A DNA stretch of 35,579 bases from Candidatus Latescibacterota bacterium (GTDB lineage Bacteria; Latescibacterota; UBA2968), in contig JAYODI010000062.1 in assembly GCA_038279365.1 (NCBI GenBank), forward strand, positions 1 through 35,579, in the 5' to 3' direction. How positions within the stretch are numbered: the stretch's first letter is position 1; each line of letters opens with the position of its first letter. The notes beneath the pieces are model-generated. The model was not told the DNA's origin, searched no databases, and saw only the letters and a program-made list of their open reading frames with translations. This document shows, one piece after another, positions 35,061-35,579 of the stretch. Both the position numbers and the translations under genes were made by a program.

Positions 35061-35579
35061 ATGGGCATGACGGAAGAAGAGAAATTTCGGTTTGACTTGT
35101 CGGGCTTCTTGGTTCGACCTGCAATTTTAACGGCTGATGAAGTGGCAGAGATAGTCGATCAGATTGATCGTATGAAACACAATCCTGAATCTTTGCCAAA
35201 AGCTCATCGATCCATTCCGGGTGGGCCTGCGAGTTTGTTGATAGATCACCCCAAAGTCATAGAAGTTTTGCATACGATCATTGGGCCAGAGGTTCGGATG
35301 GAAGGCGGATTTGCCGTTTGGCGATCTAAGGGAGAGTCTCATGGGCAAGGCTTACATGGGGGCGGGCCTCAGCAAATTGATCCCATTTTTGGATACCGAT
35401 TTCAAAATGGGCGTATTCATGCTGGAATGGTAAGGGTGGTGTTTGAATTGACCGATGTGAAACCCGAAGACGGTGCCACGCATTTTATTGTGGGCAGTCA
35501 TAAGGCCAACTTGCCCATGCATCCAGACCATATGTCGATTGCACCAGGTGAGCGCAGCCAATTTTTAACAGGGTATGAA
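35061..35579 (+). CDS. Phytanoyl-CoA dioxygenase (PhyH) family protein, 3' end truncated by the window edge (absent from the ORF track)
   Basis: My translation: MGMTEEEKFRFDLSGFLVRPAILTADEV...LIDHPKVIEVLHTIIG...LHGG...VVFELTDVKPEDGATHFIVGSHKAN; GAGGA RBS; frame open to the end. Confidence 0.85.
   Translation, partial: MGMTEEEKFRFDLSGFLVRPAILTADEVAEIVDQIDRMKHNPESLPKAHRSIPGGPASLLIDHPKVIEVLHTIIGPEVRMEGGFAVWRSKGESHGQGLHGGGPQQIDPIFGYRFQNGRIHAGMVRVVFELTDVKPEDGATHFIVGSHKANLPMHPDHMSIAPGERSQFLTGYE

Overview
Gene-dense bacterial chromosomal window with about 30 CDSs. I see no rRNA, tRNA, CRISPR array, integrase or transposase. It carries housekeeping and metabolic genes: nadB, guaA, a glutamate dehydrogenase, map, two Nudix hydrolases, a HIT protein, S8/S9/M20 peptidases, a SelA/DgaE-like PLP enzyme, an RraA-like aldolase, a CDP-alcohol phosphatidyltransferase and a truncated PhyH-like dioxygenase. 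Domain content (FlgD-Ig/T9SS-type C-terminal domain, Phe-rich dockerin-like tails, ASH-like Ig domains) suggests an FCB-group candidate lineage such as Latescibacterota or relatives; this is inference. The main candidate system is a three-gene cluster downstream of guaA (22445-30080). Each of its secreted proteins carries BOTH a cohesin-like and a dockerin-like module with no obvious catalytic CAZyme domain, and a dockerin-tailed thioredoxin-fold protein is encoded at 5488-6807. This suggests a non-cellulosomal, possibly self-polymerising and heavily O-glycosylated surface scaffold. Directly upstream of guaA is a two-gene putative trans-envelope module (17960-20448) whose proteins share an HP-x-TGE (FlgT_C-like) domain. 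Four enzymes look like animal/eukaryote-type versions: antenna-bearing GDH, long GMP synthase, NUDT6-like Nudix and a PI-synthase-like transferase. All family calls come from motif recognition by eye, not from database searches.
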